Shown piece after piece: positions 12,573 to 23,391 of a stretch of 64,000 bases of DNA (the stretch's first letter is position 1; each line of letters begins with the position of its first letter). The notes beneath the pieces were generated by a model. That model was not told the DNA's origin. It did no database searches and saw only the letters and a program-made list of their open reading frames with translations. The DNA lies in NCBI GenBank assembly GCA_009103225.1, contig RHPI01003488.1:435803-499802 (forward strand). The letters run 5' to 3'. The position numbers and the translations under genes are program-made. The DNA comes from Chlorokybus atmophyticus. Lineage: Eukaryota; Plantae; Mesostigma and Chlorokybus algae.

Positions 12573-13860
12573 ACCCCCCCTTTAACATAATGCACCCCCA
12601 TAATTTATGAGGGTCAAATTATGTTGAGAGGCACTCCATTCCAAAAGGGGCATTATACTAAATCAAGATGACGTTGATCATATTTGATTAAATCCAATAT
12701 AATGCAAAATGATATGTGACACAACGGTAACTTATATGTAACTCATAGCAATTCATATGTAACCCCATAAAAGGGCGGGCACTGTATACGAGAAGGGGGT
12801 ATAGTACAATCCAACAGTGTGCCCTTTTTGAACAGTAAGAGGGGTGAATGTAATAGGGTAAACGGTGAGATTTTAACGAGGGGTGAACTGACATACGTAT
12901 ACTACCTTGAGCTGCTTGAAGAGCTGCATTATTTTATAATCCCCCCGAGTAAAGATAAAAATCGCATATTCTTATCACAATACCATGCGGTGTTTGTTAT
13001 AGTAAGACTATAGTAAAATAAAACTTGATATTGTTAGGCGCCATATTCATGCTTATGTTAAAAGTATTTATTGCACATACATTGCGTTTTCATTACGAGT
13101 TAAAGTTCCCCGTGTTCTTGTACTTTATGTGGGTTTTTTAGAGGTGGGAATTTTCAACATGCACAGCCTCCCCTTTTATGTACACCCCCCCTCACCCCTA
13201 GTAGGGGGTTAGGTAGAGGGCCCCTACCCACCTTGGCTATAGTTCATATAACGGGCAAAAAAACCGTCCAATTGCCGCTTGCATGTCAAAACAGGCCCTA
13301 ATGTGGAATTGTGAGTACCATATTGTAATAAACCGCAATCCCCAATAATAAATTAACGTCCCCTCTCAATGAACACAGTCTAGCCTGCTAAGAGACTTTG
13401 CCTCTAGAGAATAACCCCGCTAACATCATAGAAAATGAGATTACCAAACAGAATACAGGCAAGTAGTGGTGCATAAGAGAATATGCTTAATCCCGAAGAG
13501 CATAAATGTTTTTCATGTAGTTTTTGCAAGTATTAATGAGCGATTCTTTAAAGGTCGTGGGAGTAGCGCGTAACGGGTGTAGCATAAGGCGTGATGAACA
13601 AGGCGTGATGGGTAAAGTGTGACGTGTTATTAGCGTGATGAGCGTAAGTGTTACGCTGGTTATGCGTGACACTTTACGCTTGTGACGTCACATGCGTAAC
13701 ACGTGACACGCATTTAACGTGATGGGCATGATAAAACCACGTTTCGAGCACATATTGCCTTTTTACGTTCAAGAGCATATTGCGCTCTTAGACGCCAAGA
13801 GCGCAACCCCCCCAAGAGCATGCGATCTTGGAAGAAAAACAATGTGCTCTTAAAGGGGTA
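12573..13860. mobile_element. Non-autonomous TA-flanked TIR element related to the 20-474 family; left end at a gap edge
   Basis: Begins ACCCCCCCTTTAAC right after the gap and ends CTCTTAAAGGGG|TA. It is AT-rich, non-coding, and has subterminal clusters of GCGTGA and AAGAGC motifs. Confidence 0.45.
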
Positions 13861-14328
13861 GACTGTACCCCCCTTCATTATTTAAGAGGGGGGCTGTGAT
13901 AAACAGGGGGCTCTGACCGGGTAAATACGGTACATCGATAAAGTCATGCTTCAAGTGCAGTGCAGTGCGTGCGTACACTGGGGGGCCAGATATTCCTATA
14001 GCAAAATTTGACCTAGACTCATGGGCCATAAGTTGTGACTGATGGGCAATAAGCTCAGAATTTGAATCCGCCGTCAAATCACCGTTACAATGTCTGCTGG
14101 CCGCGCCTCCACGCGTGCGTGAAATCTGGGCAAGACGAAACCCAAAATGTTTATAATTTGACCGGTATTTGTGCGCGCGAGCGGGCAACGGTTGTCCTCT
14201 GCTTACCAATGGTTTCGTAATCCTGGCCCCCCTTGCCGACGCTCATCTTCGACAGCGTGATCGCTCGGTTTTCTTATTAGTGAACAACGCAGGTGTCTGG
14301 TACATCTGCAGCCTCAATGTTACCGTAT

Positions 14329-17300
14329 GTACCGTATGTGGCGAGCAAAGGGTAGGAGACTTGACCCTAGTCTAAACGTGCCTAACATCGGCGGTTTAAG
14401 GTTTGGCTGATGAGGGCTTTCAGCTGAGTTGTTTTTGAGCAATGATGAAGGGGGTGCCATCTCCTTGATGTTTTAAAGGCAGTACTCCATCCAGCCCCCC
14501 TCGTCTAGGAAGGGGAGATGCTTCTCGCTCACCCACATTGTGGGATCCCAGTCCCACTTGGCAAGTAACTCAAGGGCCTCTTGTCTTGTCTTTTGTCTTT
14601 ACTCAGCAGCCAGGTGAGCCCCTTGTTGCTGTTGCCTCTGCTGCCTTGCTGCTGCCTCAGCTGCCCTTGCTGCCTTCCTAGCTTCCTTGTTGGCTTGCTG
14701 TTCAGCTTGCTTGCGTGCATGTTTTTCCCTCCTGGCAGCTGCTGTTTCAGCCTATTCTGCAGCCATCTTTGCCCGTGCACGTGCTGCTGCTGCACGTGCT
14801 TGCTTTCTCTCTGGCACTGCTTCTTTCTCCTTGCTCCTTTGTTCTTCTATCTCATACTACATGTCCCTCACACCTTATGATGTGAGCCATTCCGCAGTTT
14901 GGGGCCGCACCCCAACCTATTCTTTGGCTGCGGTGGGACGCTGGCATCACTCTTGGCTGGGCTGCCTCCTCATGCACATGCTCCTCAGGCTCATCCACAG
15001 CGACCTCCACAACCTCCATCAACACGTCCAGCAGTCCTTTCGGGAGCTCCGGAGGAAGGTACTTGTCTACAGCAAAATCCTCCCATCGACTGATTCCTGC
15101 ATGCACACAGGTGAGACATACTCATGCATGAGCATGCATGTGTCTACTATTGCATGCACAGTAGCTTACCGCAAGCCCTGAACCCTGACAGTATGTTGGG
15201 GGCGCTCAATCCAGCATAGAAGCATGGCACCAACATCCTCAAAAAATCTTCATTAAGAAGCCCTCTCACATGCCTATGTATGTGAATCCATGCAGCGTAC
15301 TCCTTCTTATACTGTGCTTTGAAGGAGCTGAAATAGGAGACATCTAGCACCTACAGCATGTGTATTGTGTGCGGAGGGAGGACGAGGATCTCCAACCCCA
15401 TGGCTTTGCATTTGTCTATTGTCGCCACGTTGTAGCGACTAACATGCCCATTGCAGATGAGCAAGGCAGGTTGCCGGGGCTGATTCCCCCAGTCATGTGC
15501 AACGCCAGGCGGTCTATTCAGGTTGCAAAGTGCTCGGTTGTCATCCATGCATTTTCCTGGCAGCTGAGTTGTGCACCAGGGATGGGAATTGCATCAGATT
15601 ACTCTGGGTAGAGGTGCTTGCCAGCAAGGATTGCAGTGGGGGGATGGCGTAGCCAGAGCCTGTTGCTGCTGCCATGACGGTAATATGCTGCCTTGCACCT
15701 GTGGTTGCCAACTGTGCATACTAAAAACCTCTGCAAACAAAGGTATGTGTCACTCTCAGCTCAGCAACCAGCATTTGCATGCGAACATAATAACATTTGC
15801 TCAACTCTTACCTCATCACAATCACTGATCTGTTCCTCATTGTGCTGTCTGGTGCAATGCCTATTTTGTCACAGGAGATCAGCCTCTCTGGCCCTATGCC
15901 GAGCTCAGCAACCACCTCCTTCAACCTGTTGAAATAATCTTTGACAAGCCATCTTCGGAAGCTTGTTCTTCGACTGGCATCCACTGGCTCAGCCTTACGC
16001 TTCGTGAGGTTGTGACTCTTCAAGAACAGCCTCACCCACTTCTCTCCAGGTATTCCCTCTTTAAATTTTGCTCTTCTCTTGTCATCACGGAGCAGTTTGG
16101 CAACATGGAGAGCAATATCATCATGTGTCATTGCTTGTCCAATGTCATTTTGCCAAGTCAGTAATGCAACTGACTGCCTCTCCTCCTCTTGAGTTAGAAC
16201 AGAAGGCCTGCCTGCACCCCTGCAGCAAAGGACATAAGAAAACTCTGAACAATGCACCGCACTGTGTGTTTGCTGTAACTCTACTAACTCTACTACCTTG
16301 TACTCGTTCAGGTGCTTAGGGTTGGCCATGTAGTCCTTCATGGGGGACTCCGATAAGCAAAGGTCTCTGGCAGCCTCAGCAGCATTCATACACCCTGCCT
16401 TAATGGCAACCATGGCCTCTTGTACCTTGGGGAAGAGCAGCTGCCTGTCCTTCTTCTTCATGTAGGGGCCCCTCTTGCCTTTGTTCAGCTCAGCCTTCTC
16501 GCGCAGCTGAACTTGCTTGTTGGTGACACGTTTTGCATGTGTAGCTGCACCCCTCCTCACCTGCAGCAGAGTGACTCTGGTCGGGCACAATGACATGCTG
16601 GCAGTTCTCACAACACATGGGCGATGATGAACACTGAGCCCAACAATCGCATAGCATAGCATAGGAACTAGTAGATTACTTAAGTAGGCATATGAACTTT
16701 GCTTGGTTGAAATGCACATCTCTCTCTCTCTCTCACCAACCCGTGTATGCTGCAACTTGTATGTGCACAACCCACCACACTCAGTGCTATGCTGCTCTGC
16801 AACTCTGATGCTAACCCACACAAACAGCACAACAACACAACACACGGTGGCGCCAAGCTACCACAACCTCTACCTTAATGTTATCCGAGATTAGCTTACG
16901 CAAGGGGGTGCACTCTAATTTTTTGAATTCTGACTCAAACTAGCTGGGAATTTGCAGCAAGTAGCCTTTGATATCAACTTGAAGAATGCACCAAACCTCG
17001 TGCCAAAATATAACTCAGTTTAAAAGATACAGCCATATATAGGTCTTAAACCCATTACGGCGTTACGCTTAAGGGGTGGCATTAGCTTTTGCATTTGTGA
17101 TTCATATGATGTAAAACCTGGTAAGAAGTTGCATTGTTACTAAAACGTTGCAACAAAACACCTAGCAAAAGACATTGTACTGCAAAAGCTATTCCAGTTA
17201 GAGCTTGTATAGGGACACTTTACTTGAACTATAAAATCTCAAATATTCAAATCTCCCGCTACATTGCTCCAAACGGGGTGCCATTTGAATTGGATGGTGC

Positions 17301-17440
17301 CCACCACTGTACTTACGGTTGCTAAAGCCCCACCGCCATCCAACCACATTGCGCCTCCCACAGCCCAAAAACCGCCTACGCCGAAATAAGGTATGACGCC
17401 GAAATTAGGCAGGTTTACTAAACCTAGTACTCTAACGGTA
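14329..17440 (-). mobile_element. Decayed pogo/Tc5-type (CENP-B/DDE_1) DNA transposon
   Basis: Contains the transposase relic below. Inverted 21-bp segments at 14373-14393 and 17397-17417 match at 18/21. The right end reads AACGG|TA at 17438-17440. The left boundary is approximate. Confidence 0.6.
14470..16560 (-). pseudogene. pogo-family DDE_1 transposase pseudogene
   Basis: HTH-psq-like VQEAMVAIKAG..AAEAAR, CENP-B/Tc5 HTH GRPSVLTQEEE...PGEKWVRLFLK, and catalytic motifs SCDKIG (xDETG), LLICNGH (DGH) and LPPHTIHML*VLDV (LQPLDV). An intron lies near 16220-16295. Confidence 0.85.
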
Positions 17441-18104
17441 GTTCACGGAGTCCGCATACAATGTGACTGGAAATATGAAGAGCGCGACGCAGACAATAGC
17501 ACGGCACCGATCAGTTTCCAGTTCAATTGAACTACGAGGGACCATCGGTCTCGCTTAGCTTTCGCTTTGAATGCAAACCGCCGAGTCAACGGTGCTATTG
17601 TCATCGCTGCTTTGCTCTTCGGCGCCGTAGCCCCGTCAGGGTCCCTGCACAGCAACTGCATTTGGAGTTGTTCCGCACAAAATCAGAATACCAGTTGCAC
17701 TCTATTAGCGACAACGGATCGGGTATTAATGCTAAAAGTTTTAGGGCGGCTCTTAAACCTGGTTTTAAACTTTAAAACTGGTCGGGCCTTAAAACGCAAA
17801 TGACCCGAATATTTTAGGATCGAAATGTTACGAGCGGCGGGGAGCGACGACTCACGATCGGCTCCCCGCCAGATAGAAGGCAACACGTGTCCAGATTGTG
17901 GGGGCGGCGGGGTGGGCGGCGGCGGGGTGAATCAAGCGATTATATGTTCAAAGGGGTATAATAAACATGTGTGTAATAAACAAGATACTGCTCGCTATCC
18001 ATCAAAGGTGGGGGCACACGGGAGGGAGCAACATGCCGCAGGGGAACTGCATGTTGTCGCTGTCAGCGTGTGCAAGCACAGTTGTCGACTTGACTCAAAG
18101 GGAT

Positions 18105-18368
18105 TGTGCACTTGGCCGCACTCTGCAAGTTGGTCAGTGCGGACAAGTGCACAGTCTTGTCAAGTCTTTTCGCATTTATTCACACCAATTGTCAACTTGT
18201 TCGCACTCTGCAAGTTGCAGAGTGCGGACAAGTCTTGTCATTCCTGTCGCAACTAACTACACAAACTGTGCTTGTCCGCACTCCGCAACTTGCAGAGTCC
18301 GGACAAGTATTGTCAAAACTGTTGTAGTTGCACACACCAACTATGCTTGTCCGCACTCTTAAGTTGCA
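18105..18368. repeat. Array of 3.5 palindromic ~38-bp units upstream of the Harbinger transposase
   Basis: Unit CTTGTCCGCACTCTGCAA-S-TTGCAGAGTGCGGACAAG at ~18111, 18196 and 18271, with a half unit at 18346. Confidence 0.85.
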
Positions 18369-18679
18369 CAAGAAACCATGTCTTGTCACCGTGCATGTCT
18401 TCTCAACTTGATAGCTCTATGACATTAACGATGCCTTGTGTTGCAGAGAGGTCTACAAGTGTTATAAGATGATGCTTTTCTCCTGGGTCTGCTAGTAGTA
18501 GTCTTCTTGCACTTTGCACGGCAATGGCAGCGAATGCAACGTAGATGGTGGCAATTGCTGCTTCAACACAGGCAGCACCTCGGGTTGTACTTACGCTCTC
18601 AACGAGGTCGGTTGCTATTGCTAGACAGGGCAAGGCAAACATTGTTTCGACTAAGGCCGGCTAGATATATGAGAAAACA

Positions 18680-20215
18680 GACTTGCATTACGGCATTTAT
18701 GGCAGGTAGTTGGCCAGATCAGTTTTGGCGTCATCACTGGCGTATGTGTCGTGCAAGTTTCTTGCGGTTGTGTAACTTGCTCGAGCCCATCATACGGTTA
18801 GACACTGCAGCAGGCAACACAGTCCCATTTGAGATGAGAGTTATGATAGTAATGCATCGCCTGGCATATGGCAGTGACTACCACACACTGTCATTGACAT
18901 ATGCGGTTGGTGTACAAACAGTTGCAGATAATGTTAGGGAGACGTTTGCGTACCTCAGATCTTTGGGGCAGGAAGTTTATGAAATGGCCTATCAGAGACA
19001 GGTTGGTTCGTGTGATGACTTAGTTTTAGCTGCAAAAGGGCATGATTGGGTGCTACGGAGCCATTGATGGCATACACATACCTATGTGTAAACCATGCAA
19101 CGAGCAATGCGCGTAGTAGTACAATCGGACGTGTTACTACAGTGTCGTCATACAGGTATCGACAAGCTCGACTCCATTGTGTCCACCACCGTTCTGATCT
19201 TACGTGCACGTGCTCAACAGGCTGTCTGCGATCTGACCGCACGCTTCCAAGACTTGCAACTTGGCTTTCCTGGTTCTGTGCATAAAGCACGTGTGTTTCG
19301 CCGCTCATCTCTGTGGGAAAGAATTGATGGTGGAGAGATCTTGACAAATCCTATAATGACGTTACCCATGGGTGAGTACTACTAGTTCTCATGTTGTCAC
19401 ATGAGCATTAACTGTTGCCACGCATGGTAGGTGATGAGATCTGTCCATACCTGCTTGGAGATGCTGCTACCCAGCATCGCAGCACTTGGTAGTTCCATAC
19501 CCCGGTCCACGCGACGACTCACGCATGCCCCAGTTCAAGCGTGACTTCAACTTCAAGCTTTCAAGTTCACGTATTATCTTTGAGCACGCATTCGGCAAGC
19601 CTCTAACATGCGTTGTAATAACGACACTTGCGCACGCACTCGAGGCAATGCGCACACGTGCGCGTGCCGGTGCAGCCCGCGAGGGCTGCGCCAGCACTCG
19701 CACGTGTGCGCATGCACAACTTAGACGCAGCACATTGATGCATAATAAACATGGTGTGCAGGTGTGTTGAAGACACGTTGGCGTATACTCATGGCGCCAC
19801 AAGGTGTTGCGCTGGACTTTCTATGCGACATCATCATCTCGGCTGTAGTGTAGCGTGCCGGTGCAGCCCGCGAGGGCTGCGTCAGCACTCGCACGTGTGC
19901 GCATGCACAACTTAGACGCAGCACATTGATGCATAATAAACATGGTGTGCAGGTGTGTTGAAGACACGTTGGCGTATACTCATGGCGCCACAAGGTGTTG
20001 CGCTGGACTTTCTATGCGACACCATCATCTCGGCTGTAGTGCTTCACAACTTCCTGCTGGACTGCACTAAGGAGGACCCAGAGATCTTACTGCAAGCACG
20101 ACAACCTGAGCGTCTGAATGAAGATAACATACAACCAAATGACCAGGGCCTATGGCCTCACAACAATGCCAACTACGTGCGCGACTTGCTCGCTAAGATA
20201 TTTGCAAGAGGTTGA
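18680..20215 (+). pseudogene. Harbinger transposase (DDE_Tnp_4, HARBI1-like), frameshifted
   Basis: Motifs WRMCRASFLRLCNLL, RVMIVMHRLAYG, GAIDGIHIP, QAVCD..GFPGSVHKARVF, YLLGDAA(Y)P, FNFKLSSSRIIFEHAFG and LKTRWRIL...AVVLHN, broken by stops, frameshifts and a 191-bp duplication. Confidence 0.88.
19662..20041 (+). repeat. 191-bp tandem duplication inside the Harbinger transposase
   Basis: 19662-19850 is repeated near-identically at 19853-20041, separated by TA. Confidence 0.95.
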
Positions 20216-20339
20216 TACAATGTTGGTAGCTTTAGCTGAGCAAAACGCACTTGGTTGTGCTTGCCATAATGCTCACATCTACAGAGAGAGCCGCATGTGC
20301 ATGTTGCACACATGTTGGACATGAAACTATCATACTTCA

Positions 20340-22410
20340 AGTTGCTATGAAGCTTGCAAGGGCTGCCGCCACTTTGTCAAATGCTGACACAAATGCCTGA
20401 CAGTCAGCAGACCAACGCTACTGTGGCCTTGCTACTCTGAGCGGTCAACTCCGCAAGTAGTAAGCGACCCAACTCCTGGTCCTCACGTACGAGGTCAATG
20501 AAGTTGTCAGCGTTAGGAGCTGCCTTTTTTTGCGCTTCTTCTTGCTGCCAGATGCTGTTGTCACACCTTCACTGTGCGCGTCTTATGAGCCCGAGTCTCA
20601 TGGAGCTGCAGGATCAGCCGCATGACTATCACCGCGAACCGACACCATGGCTTCATAAAGCTGCGGCACACGCTCACACTCAGCACCTGTTCCCCTCATG
20701 ACATGCACTTGTTGCAATCAGAGCTCACCTCAAGGTCGCTCAAGAGCAAGTGCTTCTGCCACCTACAGCCCTCCTTCATCTCAGCTGTGCACTCAAAATA
20801 GCTGGCTTTGTTGCTCTCGCGCACGTAACCACGTAGCGTCATGTACTGTGCACGCAATTGCTGCCATCTGCAAGCAAAGCACGAATTAGACTTGCGTGCG
20901 GAGCCAAGTGCAGCTCTACAAGTGTTGTCCTCACTTTTGCTTGCAGGACTCCGCGTTGCAGGCCCAGCTAACTAGTTCAGGTACATCACCCTCACAGCAC
21001 TTCACCACCTCCTTCCAGCGAGTCTGAGAAGACTTGGTTTTTGCGAGTGCACCATCCGCTTTGATGGCCTGGTCCATGTCATACCAACCACGCACAAGAC
21101 TCATGATCTCATCAACTGTTCAATCAGATTCACGGGCACGCTTGGTTTGGCTAGGGGCAGCGCCAGGCTGTTTTTGGGCGACCTACACACCGTCATGTGA
21201 GCCACGACACTGCGCAGCACAGTCACCATCGGCTAGCGTGCATCAACACACGCACCTCTTTTCGGTGGTGCTTTAGGTTGCTGGTTGCCAGCAGCTGATG
21301 ATGTTGCTGGTTGAGGAGTTGTTTGAGGTTGAACGGACGGGTAGGCCCCATCTGCTGACTGTGTTTGCTGACTGTCAAACCCAGCACCTCCGCCTGGCAC
21401 TTGTGTAGACGCAGTTGGATGTGTAGGCTGAGTTGTTTGTGTTGGCTGAGCTGATTGGTCGACGTTGGGCGTGCTGGTGCTGGCCTGGTGCATGCGCCTC
21501 AGCCATGCCTACCCATCAACAACAACATCTGTCAACAAGTACAACAACAACTACTGCATGACAATGCACACATAAGCTGCGTGTTTAGGACTGAACAGAC
21601 GCTGACGACAATGCAAGCAGCACCTGAGTGCTTACAAGCATGCACACTTGGTGACAACTATGCAAGCACCAAATGCGTGCACATGCATGCACACTCGGAC
21701 ATGCCTATGCACACATCAACTGCGTGCTTGGGACTGAACAGACACTGACGACAATGCAAGCTGCACCTGCGTGCTTACAAGCATACACACTTGGTGACAA
21801 CTATGCAAGCACCAAATGCGTGCACATGCATGCACACTCGGACATGCCTGTGCACACATCAACTGCGTGCTTAGGACTGAACAGACACTGGCGACAATGC
21901 AAGCAGCACCTGCGTGCTTATAAGCATGCACACTTGGTGACAACTATGCAAGCACTAGATGCATGCACATGCATGCACACTCGGACATGCCTGTGCACAC
22001 ATCAACTGCGTGCTTGGGACTGAACAGAAACTGACGACAATGCAAGCAGCTACTGCGTGCACAGGCATGCACATGCGGACATGACAATGCAAGCTGCAGC
22101 TGCGTGCACAGGCATGCAGCATGCGTTGTTCACAATGCATGCAAAACACACGTGCTTGAGCATGCACAAGGAATTTACCTGCGTGGCAAAAGAAGGCGCT
22201 GCATAGGAAGTGTATGGCACGGATGGAGCATATCCGCCCAAGCCGTTGGGTGCTCGTGGCTGCTGCCAAAAACCAGCCCCTGGTCAAACACCAGCCTGCG
22301 GCATCTGAAAGGGCGCCTGCCACCCCATCCCACCACCGCCACCATCCCCGCCGCCGCCGCCGCCGCCGTCACCCACACCCTCCATGCGCCCGCCGCCTAC
22401 AACCATGACG
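20340..22410 (-). pseudogene. Harbinger second ORF, Myb/SANT-like (trihelix) DNA-binding protein, disrupted
   Basis: The exon at ~21180-20935 reads *TVDEIMSLVRGWYDMD...TRWKEVVKCCE...ESCKQK, with the first Trp replaced by TGA. A downstream exon reads QLYEAMVSV. It has GT-AG introns and a Gly/Pro/Gln-rich N-terminus with an in-frame stop. Confidence 0.7.
21577..22052. repeat. 143-bp minisatellite (~3.3 copies) in the intron of the Myb/SANT gene
   Basis: GACTGAACAG anchor at 21589, 21732, 21875 and 22018. Confidence 0.92.
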
Positions 22411-23391
22411 GCGCTGAAGGAGTGTCATGCAACAGTGGCGAAAGGCGGGAAGTCATGAATTGCGCGCGAAACCCTTATAATGATTTGTCCCCCCCCTAAT
22501 TGTGCCTTTGAGGAGTGTTACGAAAATGGTACGAGGTTTCACTACCGCTCTCTAAAACCGACCCAACCCTAAAACCGCGGTGCGTTCGCGTTTTAGGGCC
22601 AGACGAGGTTTTACACGAGCCGAGGGCCCTGAAACTCGGGCCCTAAAACGTTGGTCCGTTGTGGCGCTATATCTACCAGTCTCGTCTTGTGACTGAAAGC
22701 TTCGCAGGACAGATTGAGGGTCCCTCATGTCGGAAGTATTAGTATGGTTCCCTTGCTGATTGACAACATTCGAGTGAATGTTTGGGGCTTGTCACGCTGA
22801 AGCCTTGTGAGCATAGGGCGCCGCCTGTCGTAAGCCTCATCAGCACCGGGGGGACGAGCTTCGACGATAGGAAACATTGGTAGGGTTCGTACAGAGTATC
22901 GGTCACCCAGTCAGGTTAAGGACGCACGAGTACTGTGGGTGATCACCCAAACAGGGGTTTGACGTCAATAGGCAGAATGACTGCAGAGTTGTTAAGTCTT
23001 CATGCCTCACTGGACACTGCAAGACCACCGGACACGACTGACTGCGTCCGAGCCAACGAAATTCAAAGCGGCGAAGGCACGGTTATACCGTTGGTGCGCG
23101 CGGTGCCTTTCGCGTAGGATTTCATGTCATGAGCCACCAGCCTGCTGGCGGCCATAGCCTTCCTGCCTGTGCGCCTTTTCTCTTGGCGCTTGGCCCCAAA
23201 ACAAAAGCACAAGAGAGTTTGAGGGCAACGTTAACGCCCCCCTCGGGACCAGCGCCGGGGCGGCGGTGTGGGCGGGGGGGCATCAGCGAGGGCTGCGGTT
23301 TGTGTCGTAGATTGGCAGCGTCCAGCTGCTGCTGATTGAGTATTTGGCGGGGTGGGAGTCTTGGGGCGCGTTCTTCTCTTGTGCGTGGACC

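Larger units (their letters stand above)
17707..22668. mobile_element. PIF/Harbinger DNA transposon with convergent transposase and Myb/SANT genes, decayed
   Basis: Imperfect TIRs AGCGACAACGGATC (17707) and GGTCCGTTGTGGCGCT (ends 22668), shared subterminal GTTTTAGGGC and GCCYTAAAACGC motifs, and the two family-diagnostic ORF relics inside. No clean 3-bp TSD is visible. Confidence 0.75.

Noticed and set aside
13866-14456. Possible TIR pair TACCCCCCTTCATTATT / AATGATGAAGGGGGTG
   Set aside because: It overlaps the better-supported pogo left end and has no matching TA on the right. It may be a motif recurrence.
13974-17311. Alternative pogo ends TA|CACTGGGGGGCC and GCCCACCACTG|TA
   Set aside because: They match at only 11/16, weaker than the 18/21 pair chosen. 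A nested element cannot be excluded.
17736-17745. TTTTAGGG telomere-like words (also ~22592)
   Set aside because: They are single copies within Harbinger subterminal motifs, not an array.
18105-18368. CRISPR-like repeat-spacer pattern
   Set aside because: The context is a eukaryotic transposon with no cas genes, only 3.5 units, and fully palindromic repeats. It is kept as a palindrome array instead.
22700-23120. Non-repetitive stretch that could be a solo LTR or an ncRNA
   Set aside because: It has TG..CA-like ends but no TSD, no second copy and no recognisable RNA motifs.
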